Assembly (NCBI RefSeq): GCF_006345805.1
Contig: NC_043001.1
Location: 127,596,001-127,660,000 of the forward strand
From: Octopus sinensis
Lineage: Eukaryota
DNA length: 64,000 nt
Reading direction: 5' to 3'
Shown here piece after piece: positions 13,899-27,028 of the stretch. The notes below the pieces were generated by a model. That model had not been told where the DNA came from. It made no database searches and was given only the letters and a program-made list of their open reading frames with translations. Numbering within the stretch: the stretch's first letter is position 1; every line of letters starts with the position of its first letter. Both the position numbers and the translations under genes were made by a program.

Positions 13899-14506
13899 TA
13901 TTTCTTTACTACCCACAAGGGGCTAAACACAGAGAGGACAAACAAGGATAGACAAACGGATTAAGTCGATTATATCGACTCCAGTGCGTAACTGGTACTT
14001 ATATTTATCGACCCCGAAAGGATGAAAGGCAAAGTTGACCTCGGCAGAATTTGAACTCAGAACGTAACGGCAGATGAAATACCTATTTCTTTACTACCCA
14101 CAAGGGGCTAAACACAGAGAGGACAAACAAGGACAGAGACAAACGGATTAAGTCGATTATATCGACTCCTGTGCGTAACTGGTACTTATATTTATCGACC
14201 CCGAAAGGATGAAAGGCAAAGTCGACCTCGGCAGAATTTGAACTCAGAACGTAACGGCAGACGAAATACCTATTTCTTTACTACCCACAAGGGGTTAAAC
14301 ACAGAGAGGACAAACAAGGACAGAGACAAACGGATTAAGTCGATTATATCGACTCCAGTGCGTAACTGGTACTTATATTTATCGACCCCGAAAGGATGAA
14401 AGGCAAAGTCGACCTCGGCGGAATTTGAACTCGGAACGTAACAGCAGACGAAATACCGCAAAGCATTTCGCCCGGTGTGCTAACGTTTCTGCCAGCTCTC
14501 CGCCTT
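13899..14506 (-). mobile_element. SINE family B tandem trimer inserted as one unit
   Basis: One head plus three bodies with 185-187 bp period; single 15-bp TSD ATACTCTACTATGTC (13884-13898 and 14507-14521). Confidence 0.92.
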
Positions 14507-15126
14507 ATACTCTACTATGTCATTTACCTTAATACTGCACTGGTACTTTATTTTACAAACCCCAAAAGGATGAGAGGCAAAATTAACCTCAGCAGGGGAT
14601 TGAACTCAAAATATGAGCTCATAAAAATACTGCAAAACATTTCTTCCGATGTTCTAATGATTCAGCCAGCTCCTCACCACCACCACCACCACCACCACCA
14701 TCATGAAAGGTAAAGTTGATCTTGGCAAAGTTGGAACACTATTCAACACTAATGACAGCCAATTGACCACCTTCATAATACTAATAATGATGATGATGAT
14801 GATAAAAATAATCCTTTCTAGAAGGCCTGAAATTTGGGGAGAGGGAGCTAGTCATCTGATACTCATTTCATCAACTATGAAATAGTGAAAGGTAAAGGTG
14901 ATCTTGGTGGAATAATAATAATAATCGTCTGTACAATAGGCACAATTTTGTGGGAGAAGACTAGTCACTTACACTGACCCCAGTTCTCGTCTGATATTTA
15001 TTTTAATGACCCCAAAAGGATGAAAAGCAAAGCCAGCCTCAGCAGCATTTGAACTTAGAATGTCAAGCCAAAAGAGATGTCACTAAGCATTTTGTCCACT
15101 GCAGTAACAATTCTGCCACCTTACCA

Positions 15127-15897
15127 CATCATCATCATCGTCATAGTTTAACATCCGCTTCCCATGCTGGCATGGGTTGGACGGTTTGATTGAAGACTGG
15201 CGAGCTAGATGGTTGCACCAGGCTCCAATCTGATCTGGCAGAGTTTCTACAGCTGGATGCTCTTCCTAACGCCAACCACTCCGAGAGTGTAGTGGGTGCT
15301 TTTACGTGCCACTGGCATGAGGGCCAGTCAGGTGGTACTTGCAACAGTCACGCTCAAATGGTGTTTTTTACGTGTCACCTGCACAGGAGCCAGTCCAGTG
15401 GCACTGGCAACAACTTTGCTCAAATGTTGTTTTACACGTGACACCGGCATAAGTGCCAGTACGGTGACGCTGGTAACAATCACATTCAAATGGTGCTTTT
15501 TACATGCCACCGGCACAGAAGCCAGTCAGCGGCCCTGGCAATTATCACGCTCAGATGGTGCTCTTAGTGCTCCACTTGCACGGATACCAGTCATGCGGTG
15601 CTGTCATCAAATTTGATTTTGATTTCACTTGTCTCAACAGGTCTTCACAAGCAGAGTTTAGTGTCCAATGAAGGAAAGGTATGCATAAGTGGGCTGGATA
15701 CACCATGGAATAGGCCATGGGTTATGATCTCACTTTGCTTGCCAGGTCTTCTCAAGCACAACATATTTCCAAAGGTCTCAGTCACTCGTCATTGCCTCGG
15801 TGAGGCCTAATGTTCAAAGGTCGTGCTTCACCACCTCATCCCAGGTCTTCTTGTGTCTACCTCTTCCACAGATTCCCACAACCGCTAGGGTGTGACA
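15127..15897 (-). mobile_element. RTE LINE 3' portion
   Basis: Reverse complement of the same ORF end, repeat array and (GAT)n tail. Confidence 0.85.
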
Positions 15898-16301
15898 ATA
15901 ATAATAATAAGAGGAAGAAGAATTCTTTGGGGTTTGGATAATTCACCTTTGGAAACATGGGTGTTTCATTCAAAATTCTTAAACAACACTTATTCAGGGA
16001 CCCTTTGAGCAGAATGGGCTACTCGACCTGATAAAGATTCTAACAGGGTCCCACCTGCAAGGTCATGCGCTGTTTATCTTGATATAAGATCACCATGTTG
16101 CGTACATATGGTTATAATGTATATGCTTGCTGTACCGTTATCAAACGAGTAGTCATGATGAGTATACTGAGCTTCGTATATTTTACTCCAGTGTCACTTT
16201 GATGTCAATAATGATAAAATAATAATAATAAATCTCAATAATAAAAGTAGTAGTGGTAGTAGTAGTAGTTTCTTTTGTTAATAATAAAGCTTCTTACTTA
16301 C

Positions 16302-16399
16302 TTGCTGAAAACTTAGATCTTGAGAAATCAAAATTGAAAGGTACAAAATATGCGATGATAATAAGGAGGAGAATTACAACCACAACTGTCCGTTTCGAT
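16302..16399 (-). CDS. KIAA2013: Coding exon 2, signal-anchor TM segment ((R)SKRTVVVVILSLIIIAYFVPFNFDFSRSKFSA)
   Basis: Acceptor tcgtctttttcag|, donor CAA|GTAAGT; 98 nt, phase 2 to 1; only one frame open; basic residues followed by a hydrophobic helix. Confidence 0.85.
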
Positions 16400-16974
16400 C
16401 TGAAAAAGACGAAAATATGGGAAAATTAAAAATTTTATTTCATCTTACTTTTCTTGAAAAAAAAAATGAAGTGTTTAAAGTTTAAATAATTCAAAACTGT
16501 TTGACACATAAAAAAGGAGGGAAACCAGAATCTGATTAATGTTAACCTACTTAACGCATGGAGCATTAAAAAGTTGACTATAGATATAAAAACCACAGCC
16601 GCATGATTGAAACGAGAGAGAGAGAGAGTGTGTGTGTGTGTGTATACACATAGTAAGTAAAACCAGACATAAATGACAAATATTATTTTCATTTGTCCAC
16701 CAATTACAAAAGATAACTCCAAATTCTGAGTCATATGATGGTATGATAATATTTCTCTAAATAACTATGGCCTTCATTCCCCAATTCCATTTTATCTCGT
16801 CTTTTAAAACAAGCTAATAACCTGAAGGTTGCTAGACTAAGTTGAGTGAACAAGAAATTCTTTTGGATGCCTTTTTCAAAGATGAGATAAATTCCAGTAC
16901 CAAAGGAAATTGGTGATGTTCTGCATTTATAACAATTAGTGAGAAGAGTTTGATAAGTTCAACAGCAATTAACT

Positions 16975-17204
16975 TTAACCCTTTCATAACCATATTTATT
17001 TTGAGGTGCTCTGTGTTTCTTTCAATTAATTTTAAATATAATACAGAATTTTGTAAAATAACTTTGTTATCATTAAGCTAATTTTAGGGACATAAATTGT
17101 GACTAAGGTTTGGTAGAAGATTTTAATTCAAAACTCATGAAAACAAGACATTTGTACCACAGAATCAGAAGCAGTTTCAACCAGGTTGGTATTGAAAGGG
17201 TTAA
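16975..17204. mobile_element. TTAA-flanked MITE, second family
   Basis: TTAACCCTTTCA...TGAAAGGGTTAA inverted termini. Confidence 0.7.
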
Positions 17205-18634
17205 TGAACTTAGCTATGAGCTCTCTGTTCTGAAAAAAGATTTTATAAACCTTCTACAAACCTTTAGAGCTTGTCGCTAACTCTTGGTCTCCATAGCATG
17301 AAGCAGATGAGAGACAAGCATCTCATGGATAGCAAAATTTTCCAAGAAGCTTGGTCCCTAATCCTAAAAGCTAGGAGAACAAATTTAGAGTAAAATGTCC
17401 TTTCCAGAAATACAACAAAATGGTTAGTGTATTTAGACTAACTTATGAGCTGGAGGTAATTCTACTGTTTAATACACACAGATCTTCATTAATATATAGA
17501 CTAATTAATAAAGAAAAAAGGTTGATGACTACCATTATATACAAGTCTTTATTACAGCCTTATTATATTACACAGAAATAATCAGCAATTAACTTGTTAA
17601 AAAGAATGATTTCAAAAATTTAAGGAGATGCCTTTTGAAGACATTGGTTAACTTGTAGTACAAGTAATTAGGAAGGAAATTAGCTTAGATGAAATGTAGT
17701 TCAGGTTTCACCAGGACGAGATGTTACCAATACCCTTTTTCTTGTAAGCCAACTGCAGAAAAAATTCTTAGCAAACAGACACACACACACAAATTTTGTA
17801 AAAGGTAACTAAAAGGGTTGACATCTGGAAAGACATCTAACCTTAGAACAATGCCTCAAAAAACCCTATCCAACACATGCTAGCATGGAAGAGTAAACAT
17901 AAAATATCAATGATGTCACTCAAGTTAAGTGGGATCTTTGTGGTTTTCATGGATATGCATCAGCATATCAAAACATTAAACCAGTTACAGTAAACAGTGA
18001 AAATTATGAAAACATTCATGAGCAAATTAAATACTTAAAAGCTACAAACAAACCAACGGGAGTTGCTAGAAATGACAGTCAAAACATTGTTTAACACAGA
18101 CATTTATTAGTTTAAAAAATTCAAGAACGAAAGTTTGCAATACACTCTAGGATCTTGTAAAATAAATTATCTTTCTCAAATCTCCTTCTCCACATAGGAA
18201 AGGTTTAAAGCTGTGGCCATCATTCTAGAATAGAATTCCTTCTGTTATGAAAATAAACAATTATAGAACACATTGTGGTTACACACCTTGTGCGCATGCA
18301 CAGCATCTTTGATTACTATGGAAACAGAGTTCCTTGCAATCAGCTATGCAACATGTGGTGCTTGTTCACTTTGGTTACTATGGAAACAGAGTTCTTAGCC
18401 ATGGTAATGTGTAAAATACTCGCTTCTGATTGACTAAAATACGTCCCTAAATTTTGAAAATTTTAAAGGCTAATAACTTTTTAATTATGGATTTATAGGG
18501 AAAATGAATTTCATATTCATAATTAGTATACAAAACTTAATCCATATACCAAATTTGAAAACAACTGAAACAAAATTGTAAACAGTGAAGAAAACCTCAA
18601 AAATCTGTTAAGTGTTCTACTTTCATTAAAATTA

Positions 18635-19020
18635 GCGTACATGAAATGCAGTTCAGGTTTTACCAGGATGGGGTGTCACCAATGCTCTCTTTATTGCGAG
18701 ACAATTACAGAAAAAAGTCTTAGCAAATAGCAGGTCACTATACTTAGTATTCAATGACTTGGAAAAAGCTTTTGAAAGGAAACACACTCTGCAGGATTGA
18801 CGGTTGCTGAGAAAATTAGACACATAAAATAAGTGTGGGAACCTTGCAAGCCAAGTACAAAAATGTTGTTAGCAAGGTGGTGCTCAGAAAGTAGTTTACT
18901 TTGAAATGTACGCTATGCAAGTCAAGAGTCCACTAGGACTTTGTTCTTAGTCTCCTTCTTATTTATCATAGTTCTCTGAGTAATAACAGAGAAGTTTAAG
19001 AATGGCTAACCTGGGATAAC
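18635..19020 (+). pseudogene. Decayed RTE reverse transcriptase fragment; related piece at ~17660-17775
   Basis: Frameshifted EMQF...ALFIARQLQKKVLA..RSLYLVFNDLEKAF, corresponding to the QFGF and DLEKAFD RT motifs. Confidence 0.75.
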
Positions 19021-19049
19021 CATTCTTAAAACACTATGTAGCAATGACT

Positions 19050-19470
19050 AGTTATTATACAGACATGCACTGAAACTGCGACATCTCCAGTGCTTCATAG
19101 ATGATGGTGAACAGGTGTGATCGCCGTTTGCAAGATGCACTTTTCCGCAGCTCGTCTCATTGCTGAAATGCAATCCTGGATCAAGCAGAGACCAAGGCTG
19201 GGCAAATGGCACCACAAGTGCCGCCATGTGCTCAAGCAGCTCTGTCATTCGGGTTTAAACTTGTGCAATTTCAGTTCCACCAAGGCATTCTATAGAGGAT
19301 TAGTGGAGGGCAAGTGCAACAAAGTTCTTGGGGAGACTGAGCATCAACAGGGAATATTTGACTCGCCTTTTTCAGGACCACTTTCAGGTCAGGACCTATG
19401 GAAAATTTCCAGAGATCACTGGCCTGGCAGTGCTATTGGGGAATATTGCCCATTCAAGATAAAGTCTACA
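19050..19470 (-). mobile_element. Possible highly decayed RTE C-terminal region
   Basis: Weak residual resemblance across frameshifts; no intact ORF. Confidence 0.3.
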
Positions 19471-21918
19471 GAAATGGATTAAGAAATACCAACCTATATA
19501 CAGAAAGAGAGAGAGAGAGAGAGAGATGTTTTAGCCATTCACAAACATACAAAACTTATTAACTTCACTTAAACCGATTACTATTTGGTGTCAAGATATT
19601 CACCATGCTAAATGCAATTTGTTCACTGACAGTTCTACAACAGGTCTAAGATGAGGCTATTGGCCAGTACATACAAGTCTCAAGGTTTTAAATATTATTT
19701 TAAATACATATATTTAACCCTTTATTCTGTCAAAATCATGCATTATCTTGTAACTTTGAGATTTTGATGAGATAACTGTTACTTTTTAAAATGATATTGT
19801 AGGATTGTTGTGCAAGACCAAATCTAACCAGCTTGAGCATAAAACAGGTAGAATATTTTGGCCAGATGTGACTGATTTAAGTGCTAAAAGGTTAAAACCC
19901 TGAAACCTGTATGCAGTGACAAGGAGTCTCACCTGAGACTAGTTGCAGTAGAACTATACCAGTGAACAGGTGGCAGTTGGTGTGACAAAAATTTTGATAC
20001 CAAATAATAAATGTTTAAGTGAAGTTAAATTTTTTTGCATCTTCAGTGCTGTAATTGTCATAGCTTGAAAACATGGCCTTAGATCAAATCACTTGCCAGA
20101 GATATACATCGCCAAAAACAATGAAGTGATTTATCCAAAATCACAATAGCAGCCCTAATATCGCATCCACATAGGCTATATTAACCTACAACATACAGGT
20201 AATTAAGCAAGTGCTCAGCAGTAGCCCACAGAACCACAACACCAGATATACAAGCATGTATAAGCTTTGTCACCAAACTTATGACTATAATTCTAGCCAT
20301 AAGCATGCCATATTTGAGCATATTTATCTCGAAATTTCATCTGTAAATTGATTTCCAAGTTTGGGAAAAATGATAATGACCTTCAAGAAGTTAATAAGGG
20401 CTTAGATTAATTTTCTGACATCAAATATGATATAAATCTTTCCCTGAACAGGACACCAGTATGTTACAGCTAGCATTCACACAAGATCCAATACCTGTTT
20501 CCACCAGTTAGGTGAACAGAAGTGCATGGAATTAAGTGTAATGCTCAAATACCTAACAGAATGTCCACAGTGGATTTGAACTCCAAAACTAAGAGGTGGT
20601 AATAGCCTAATACCATGAATGCTCATTTTTTCCAGTTTGATTCTAGATTTTCTATATTTAAAGATGAAGGCACACTAACATTGGTGACGTTAGCTGCTGT
20701 GTTTTCAGATTCAAACAAGCATGTTTGGACACATATAACAAACTGTATCTATTATCTTAAACAGGTCAACACATCAGAAAATATATTATTTCATTACAGA
20801 TAAATCATTGAATAATTTTCTCAATACATAGATTTTTCTTTCTCTAAAGAGAAACAGATCTTGTTGACTTTAATGCATCACTAGGAATCCAATTTCATCA
20901 AACCTTGTGGGATTAAGGGCAATGTTTACCTCAGTAATGTCAAATCAAAAAACAGATATTATAGACTAGACTATTACAAATACCAACCACAGAGCCAAAT
21001 CAATAAATTTCTCATCATCCTTGGACTGAAAATATCAATACACCTCTCGTTAAATATTGATTATTATGTCCCTACTAACATTACAAAACAGAAATGTTAC
21101 TAATATATCACAACTGGTGCACAGTTTTCCATAGCCAGTTAAGATATCCTACCAGTTGGCGCATGTCTGCATAGCAGTTTAAATGTGAGATGGTCTGTTA
21201 CCAGCCATACAATGCAGATTGAATCAAAACTGATCCGAATACTAGAGACTCTGATCTGAGCAGGAGTTCTGAAGTGGTTTCCTCTTAATGTATCCAAACC
21301 TATGGGACTAAGTACTGTTATATAATGTTGAAATACTGTTCACTCCTCATCCTAGGTGTTGGCATCCTATCAACTGTGTCAGTTACAATTCCATCTTCAA
21401 ATCTTTTATTAATACTAACAGTAACACTAAATCGCTCTGAACTCAGAGCTAGCTCTCACCATAAAAACAGTATACTTGTACATGACTTGCACAGCTCTAA
21501 TATTCCATTCATTCACACATAGTTGTCTTAGCAACTACCAAACTAAAAAACACAGTACCCTGTCAAAAATTTCTTGAGATCAATGAATGCTAGGTACAAT
21601 GGCTTATGTTGAATAATGAGCTTCACATTAAGAAGAGGTTATTGGTGATAGCCTTCCTGGAACACTCATCAACTGCATCTCCTCTAAGCTGATGTTTTTT
21701 TTTTTTGTTTTGGTTTATCTAATTACTTGTACAATAATTAGTATTATAACTTGATTCATTAGTCTCATACCAGTCTAATTCCCTTTCTAAAGCATCTTGT
21801 CTGTAGCCTCGGGAAGTGAAGTGTTGTTAACATGCATAACTGCAGCTTTTATAGTAAGCAAATGTGATTTTAGAAATAAAGGCTACTCAAATGACACCCA
21901 CCACATATAAAACAGCCA

Positions 21919-22305
21919 GGAGGCGCAATGGCCCAGGGGTTAGGGCAGCAGACACGCAGTCATAGGATCGCGGTTTCGATTCCCAGACCAGGCGTTGTGA
22001 GTGTTTATTGAGCGAAAACACCTAAAAGCTCCACGAGGCTCCGGCAGGGGATGGTGGTGATCCCTGCTGTAGTCTTTCACCACAACTTTCTCTCACTCTT
22101 ACTTCCTGTTTCTGTTGTACCTGTATTTCAAGGGGCCGGCCTTGTCACTCTCTGTGTCATGCTGAATATCCCCGAGAACTACGTTAAGGGTGCACGTGTC
22201 TGTGGAGTGCTCAGCCACTTACACGTTAATTTCACGAGCAGGCTGTTCCGTTGATTCGGATCAACCGGAACCCTCATCGTCGTAACCAACGGAGTGCTTC
22301 CATCC
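21919..22305 (+). mobile_element. tRNA-derived SINE family C, full length
   Basis: A/B boxes (TGGCCCAGGGG, TTTCGATTCC); 12-bp TSD ATAAAACAGCCA. Confidence 0.92.
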
Positions 22306-22897
22306 ATAAAACAGCCATTTACACACACTACTAATATGCCAAATCCTTAAGCCTTTTCCAAAAATAGAAATTCTTCAATTATAATATTCACAGAAATTCA
22401 AAGCCACTGAAATCAGTGGCATATTCAGGCAAAAGCTTATTCCAGACAATCTCAGGCAGATGGATTTTATTTCTTTCCATGAATAATTGTTTTTCAAATT
22501 GTATGCTAATTATTAAAATTCTTCTAAAATTTTTAAGTGTATTAGCACCTTCTCTAGGTCGTAACTTCAACTGCTTCTGCAAAGTACTTCCAAAAAAATA
22601 AATCATAAAAAAAGAATTAACACGCTCACCAATAAGCCATAAGAATGAAATTGCAATTATTAGTAAGAAAAAAAAAATAAAATTTTTCACTATCATACAA
22701 GTGATTTTGGATGTCCAGAAGGATTGTTTTGAAGCAAAACAGCTTTGTACAAGTGCAGTACAGCCAGCAACCACTCACAAATGAGGGCTGCTTGGTAACA
22801 TGTAGCACACTTTCAATAATCATTTTAGATATCTATGTAATTGAAAGCAACCCACTAGAACATACATGATGTGATAGCTGACAATACAAATGTGTGT

Positions 22898-22899
22898 GT

Positions 22900-22986
<87 letters not shown>
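22898..22986. repeat. (TA)n microsatellite
   Basis: Read directly. Confidence 0.95.
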
Positions 22987-22992
<6 letters not shown>

Positions 22993-25423
22993 CTTTTATT
23001 CTTATTCTTTTACTTGTTTCAGTCATGTGACTGTGGCCATGCTGGAGCACTGCCTTTAGTCGAACAAATCGACTCCAGGACTTATTCTTTGTAAGCCGAG
23101 TGCTTATTCTATCGGTCTGAACCACTAAGTAACAGGGACACAAACACACCAACATTAGTTATCAAGTGATGGTGGTGGGACAAACATATACACATATCAT
23201 CATCGTTCAAAGTCCGCCTTCCATGTTTGCATGGGTGGGACAGTTTCACAAGAGCTGGCCAGGCAGAAGTCTGCACCAGACTTCTGTGACTGTTTTGGCA
23301 GTATTGCTACAGTTGGAGGCCCTTCCTAACACTAACCACTCAGCAGAGTGGACTTAGTGCTTTTTACACAGTACAAGCACAGGCGAAGTCAGTTTTAGCA
23401 AGGTTTTTATAGTTGTATGCCTTACAACCACCAACAGTGTGGACTGAATGCTTTTAAGTGGCACCTGCACTGACAAGGTCACCAAATACATACAAGACAA
23501 AAAAAATTTTTAAGAGGAGGTGATTTGTGTCGAATGATGAAAGGTAAAAGTAAGAGAGAGAGACAGAAACAGGTGTCTTGTAGAGGAAGAACAAGGTTAC
23601 CCAGCCGGAGAGAGAGAGAGATTAGGAATAAAGACAGAAACAGGTACGCTACTACAAAGGAAATACAAGGTTACCCAACTTGAGGGAAGTGCAAGAGGAG
23701 GGAGAGAGAGTGGAAGACAGCATGATAGAGATGGTGGCAAAATGCAAAGCATACTCAGAATATAAACGGGATGGTTGAGTAAAGGAAAAGAAAGATATAG
23801 ATGGTGGCAAGTACCAGGGCATACCCTTGATGTTCAAACACCATAATAGAAGTGGCAGGATATTGCAAAGGAAGTGTGATTCAAGTGTGCGGAGTGGCAA
23901 AAACCTGGGTATATTATAGAGGCGAGATGCACTCTGAGTGCTCAAATTGGTATGCCACTAAAATTCTGGTTTAAAATGCAGCTGAACATGTGATTTTGTG
24001 ACTGCCTTTCTAAAGCAGCTAGAAGTGACTTCCCCTTGAGTCAGTAGGTATAGATTAAAGCAGAAATGAAAAGGCATCCAGTTCAACAAAACTTGACACG
24101 ATCATTTAATATAGATATATAATAATAAAAATATATTGTTATAAATAGGAGGTATTCTAGAACAGCTGTTAGAGACTATGTATATACCTTTTTATTAATG
24201 TATAGCTAAATTAAATGTCCTTGTCAAGTCTTGCCAAACCATTTGTCTTTTCACACATGTATTTATGTATGTATGTAGAGCCAGATAGTGGAAATTAAGA
24301 TAAACACCAGTATTTAGTTTCTACACTTCCCCATTACGATTATTTGGGATTCAGCATTGGATGTTCCAAGAGTATTTGAATGCCTAACTGCAATGGGTCA
24401 CCAGGGAAACACTTTTTTGTATTCCATTAGCAATCAAATACCAGATACATGCTGAGTTCAAGCATGATCATTACCAGCATTGCCTTACTGGCACCTGTGC
24501 CGGTGGCATGTGTAAAATATTTAAGCGAGGTCGTTGCCAGTACCGCCTGATTGGCCCCCGTGTCGGTGGCACGTAAAAAGCAACCACTACACTCTCGGAG
24601 TGGCTGGCGTTAGGAAGGACATCCAGCTGTAGAAACTCTGCCAGATCAAGATTGAAGCCTGGTGCAGCCATCTTGTTCACCAGCCCTCAGTCAAATCGTC
24701 CAACCCATGCTAGCATGGAAAGCGGACGTTAAACGATGATGATAATGATGATGATGATGTACATAATGATACCTACAAACTCATGTTCAAGTATTATCAT
24801 CGCCTGATCAAAAGTCCCACACATGCGAAGGCTACGACCAGCCATTTTTGTGATTGGTCTTACTTTTTTTTCAAGCAGTGCCTGTGCATGATGATTTTTT
24901 TTATAGTAGGGAGAGGATTTGCACAAATTCAATCTCACTCTCTGAACATGGACAACATAAAATCAGAAGCGCTCATGAGCAGTCAATGGTCATCCAATAA
25001 TGTGTACATGTGTATGTATGCATGTATGTAGACACGGAGACGTGGAAATACCTGGATTTGTGTCCAGGCGTGAGTTGGCCCAGTGGGAGGCTCCTGTTGT
25101 TGTTACATCTCTCTAGGAGAGGATTTCTTTGAGGGGAGACATGGAGTGACCAGCAAGGTCACCAGATTTAAGCACTTGTGACTTTTCCTTTTGGGGATCA
25201 TCATCATCATCATCATCGTTTAACGTCCGCTTTCCATGCTAGCATGGGTTGGATGGTTCAACTGGGGTCTGGGGAGCCCGAAGGCTGCACCAGGCCAGTC
25301 AGATCTGGCAGTGTTTCTACAGCTGGATGCCCTTCCTAACGTCAACCACTCCGAGAGTGTAGTGGGTGATTCTATGTGCCACCGACACAGGTGCCAGACG
25401 AGGCTGGCGAACGGCCATGCTTG

Positions 25424-25720
25424 GATACCTAAAGGAAAAAGCTTTCCAACATCAGCCTCGAACTCTTGAGGATTTGAAAGAAAGGATTCATGAGGAAATC
25501 AACACAATACCACCTGAGATGACACAGAGTCATGGAGAATTTCCAGGAACAGCTACATCAATGTATTGCCAACAATGGCCACCATTTGCCTAATATAGTT
25601 TTTAAAACCCAGTAAAATAAACTGTTTTTTATATATTTTTCAGAAACATATTTTTCCCCGGATGTTTATGTTTTCTTTTTATATTCATTCACAATGTAGA
25701 TCTTTATCTCCACCCTGTGT
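25424..25720 (+). mobile_element. C-terminal fragment of a Tc1/mariner transposase with a probable right end
   Basis: GYLKEKAFQHQPRTLEDLKERIHEEINTIPPEM matches the post-catalytic region of these transposases; ends ...caccctgtgta. Confidence 0.65.
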
Positions 25721-25953
25721 ATGTGTGTGTGTGTTTGTCCTACTATCACTGTTTGACAACTAGTGTTGGTGTGTTTACAGAACCATAACTTAGTTCAGCA
25801 AAAGAAACCAATAGAACAAGTACTAGGCTTGAGATATAAGTCCCAGGGTCAATTTGTTCAGCTAAACCCCTTCAGAACAAGTGCTCCAGCACGGTCGCAG
25901 TAAAATGACAAACAAGTAAAAGAATAAAAGAATATATATATAAATACACATAC

Positions 25954-26350
25954 AGGCGCAGGAGTGGCTGTGTGGTAAGTAGCTTGCTTACCAACCACAT
26001 GGTTCCGGGTTCAGTCCCACTGCGTGGCATCTTGGGCAAGTGTCTTCTACTATAGCCTCGGGCCGACAAAGCCTTGTGAGTGGATTTGGTAGACGGAAAC
26101 TGAAAGAAGCCCGTCGTATATATATATATGTGTGTGTTTGTGTGTCTGTGTTTGTCCCCCTAGCATTGTTTGACAACTGATGCTGGTGTGTTTACGTTCC
26201 CGTCACTTAGCGGTTCGGCAAAAAGAGACCGATAGAATAAGTACTAGGCTTACAAAGAATAAGTCCTGGGGTCGATTTGCACGACTAAAAGGCGGTGCTC
26301 CAGCATGGCCGCAGTCAAATGACTGAAAAAAGTAAAAAGTAAGTAAAAAG
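25954..26350 (+). mobile_element. tRNA-derived SINE family A with central (TA/TG)n; other copies at ~1-115, 4753-5275, 9276-11617 (split), 22990-23190(-), 38880-39305, 46652-47057, 47681-48090, 49488-50215, 52750-53150, 53703-54480, 56055-56429(-), 57150-57910
   Basis: Head GGCGCAGGAGTGGCTGTGTGG..GGTTCAGTCCC; tail GGTGCTCCAGCATGGCCGCAGTC..TGAAACAAG(TAAAAG)n repeated through the window. Confidence 0.9.
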
Positions 26351-26647
26351 TATATGTACGCACGCACACACACACACACACACACACGGATGGATGCCCC
26401 CCCCCCCACCTGTCATAAATTATTGCTGAACAATCTGCACAAATTATTTGTTTGTAGTGATCAAATATTCGTGCTGTACATTATTAGCCCATTCTCTCCA
26501 TATGGCAGATGTCAAAGTGATTGCAGAGCAACATGAAATGAAATGTTTGATCAAGAACTCAATGCACCATCCAAAACCATGATCATGCAATCATGAGTAC
26601 AACACTCTGTTCCAACAGAACATAAAATGTGTGTGTGTGTGTGTTTC

Positions 26648-27028
26648 AGGCGCAATGGCCCAGGGGTTAGGGCAGCGGACTCGCGGTCATAGGATCGCGG
26701 TTTCGATTCCCAGACCGGGCGTTGTAAGTGTTTATTGAGCGAAAACACCTAAAGCTCAACGAGGCTCCGGCAGGGGATGGTGGTGATCCCTGCTGTACTC
26801 TTTCACCACAACTTTCTCTCACTCTTACTTCCTGTTTCTGTTGTACCTGTATTTCAAAGGGCCGGCCTTGTCACTCTCTGTGTCACGCTGAATATCCCCG
26901 AGAACTACGTTAAGGGTACACGTGTCTGTGGAGTGCTCAGCCACTTACACGTTAATTTCACAAGCAGGCTGTTCCCTTGATTCGGATCAACCGGAACCCT
27001 CATCGTCATAACCGACAGAGTGCTTCCC
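26648..27028 (+). mobile_element. SINE family C inserted in (TG)n
   Basis: Near-identical to the 21919 copy. Confidence 0.9.

Noticed and set aside
19933-20183. Apparent minus-strand exon in intron 1
   Set aside because: Overlaps one arm of an inverted repeat, no convincing open frame, and exons 1 and 2 already join in phase
21919-21995. tRNA genes at SINE heads
   Set aside because: They continue into SINE bodies with TSDs and lack a proper acceptor stem and terminator
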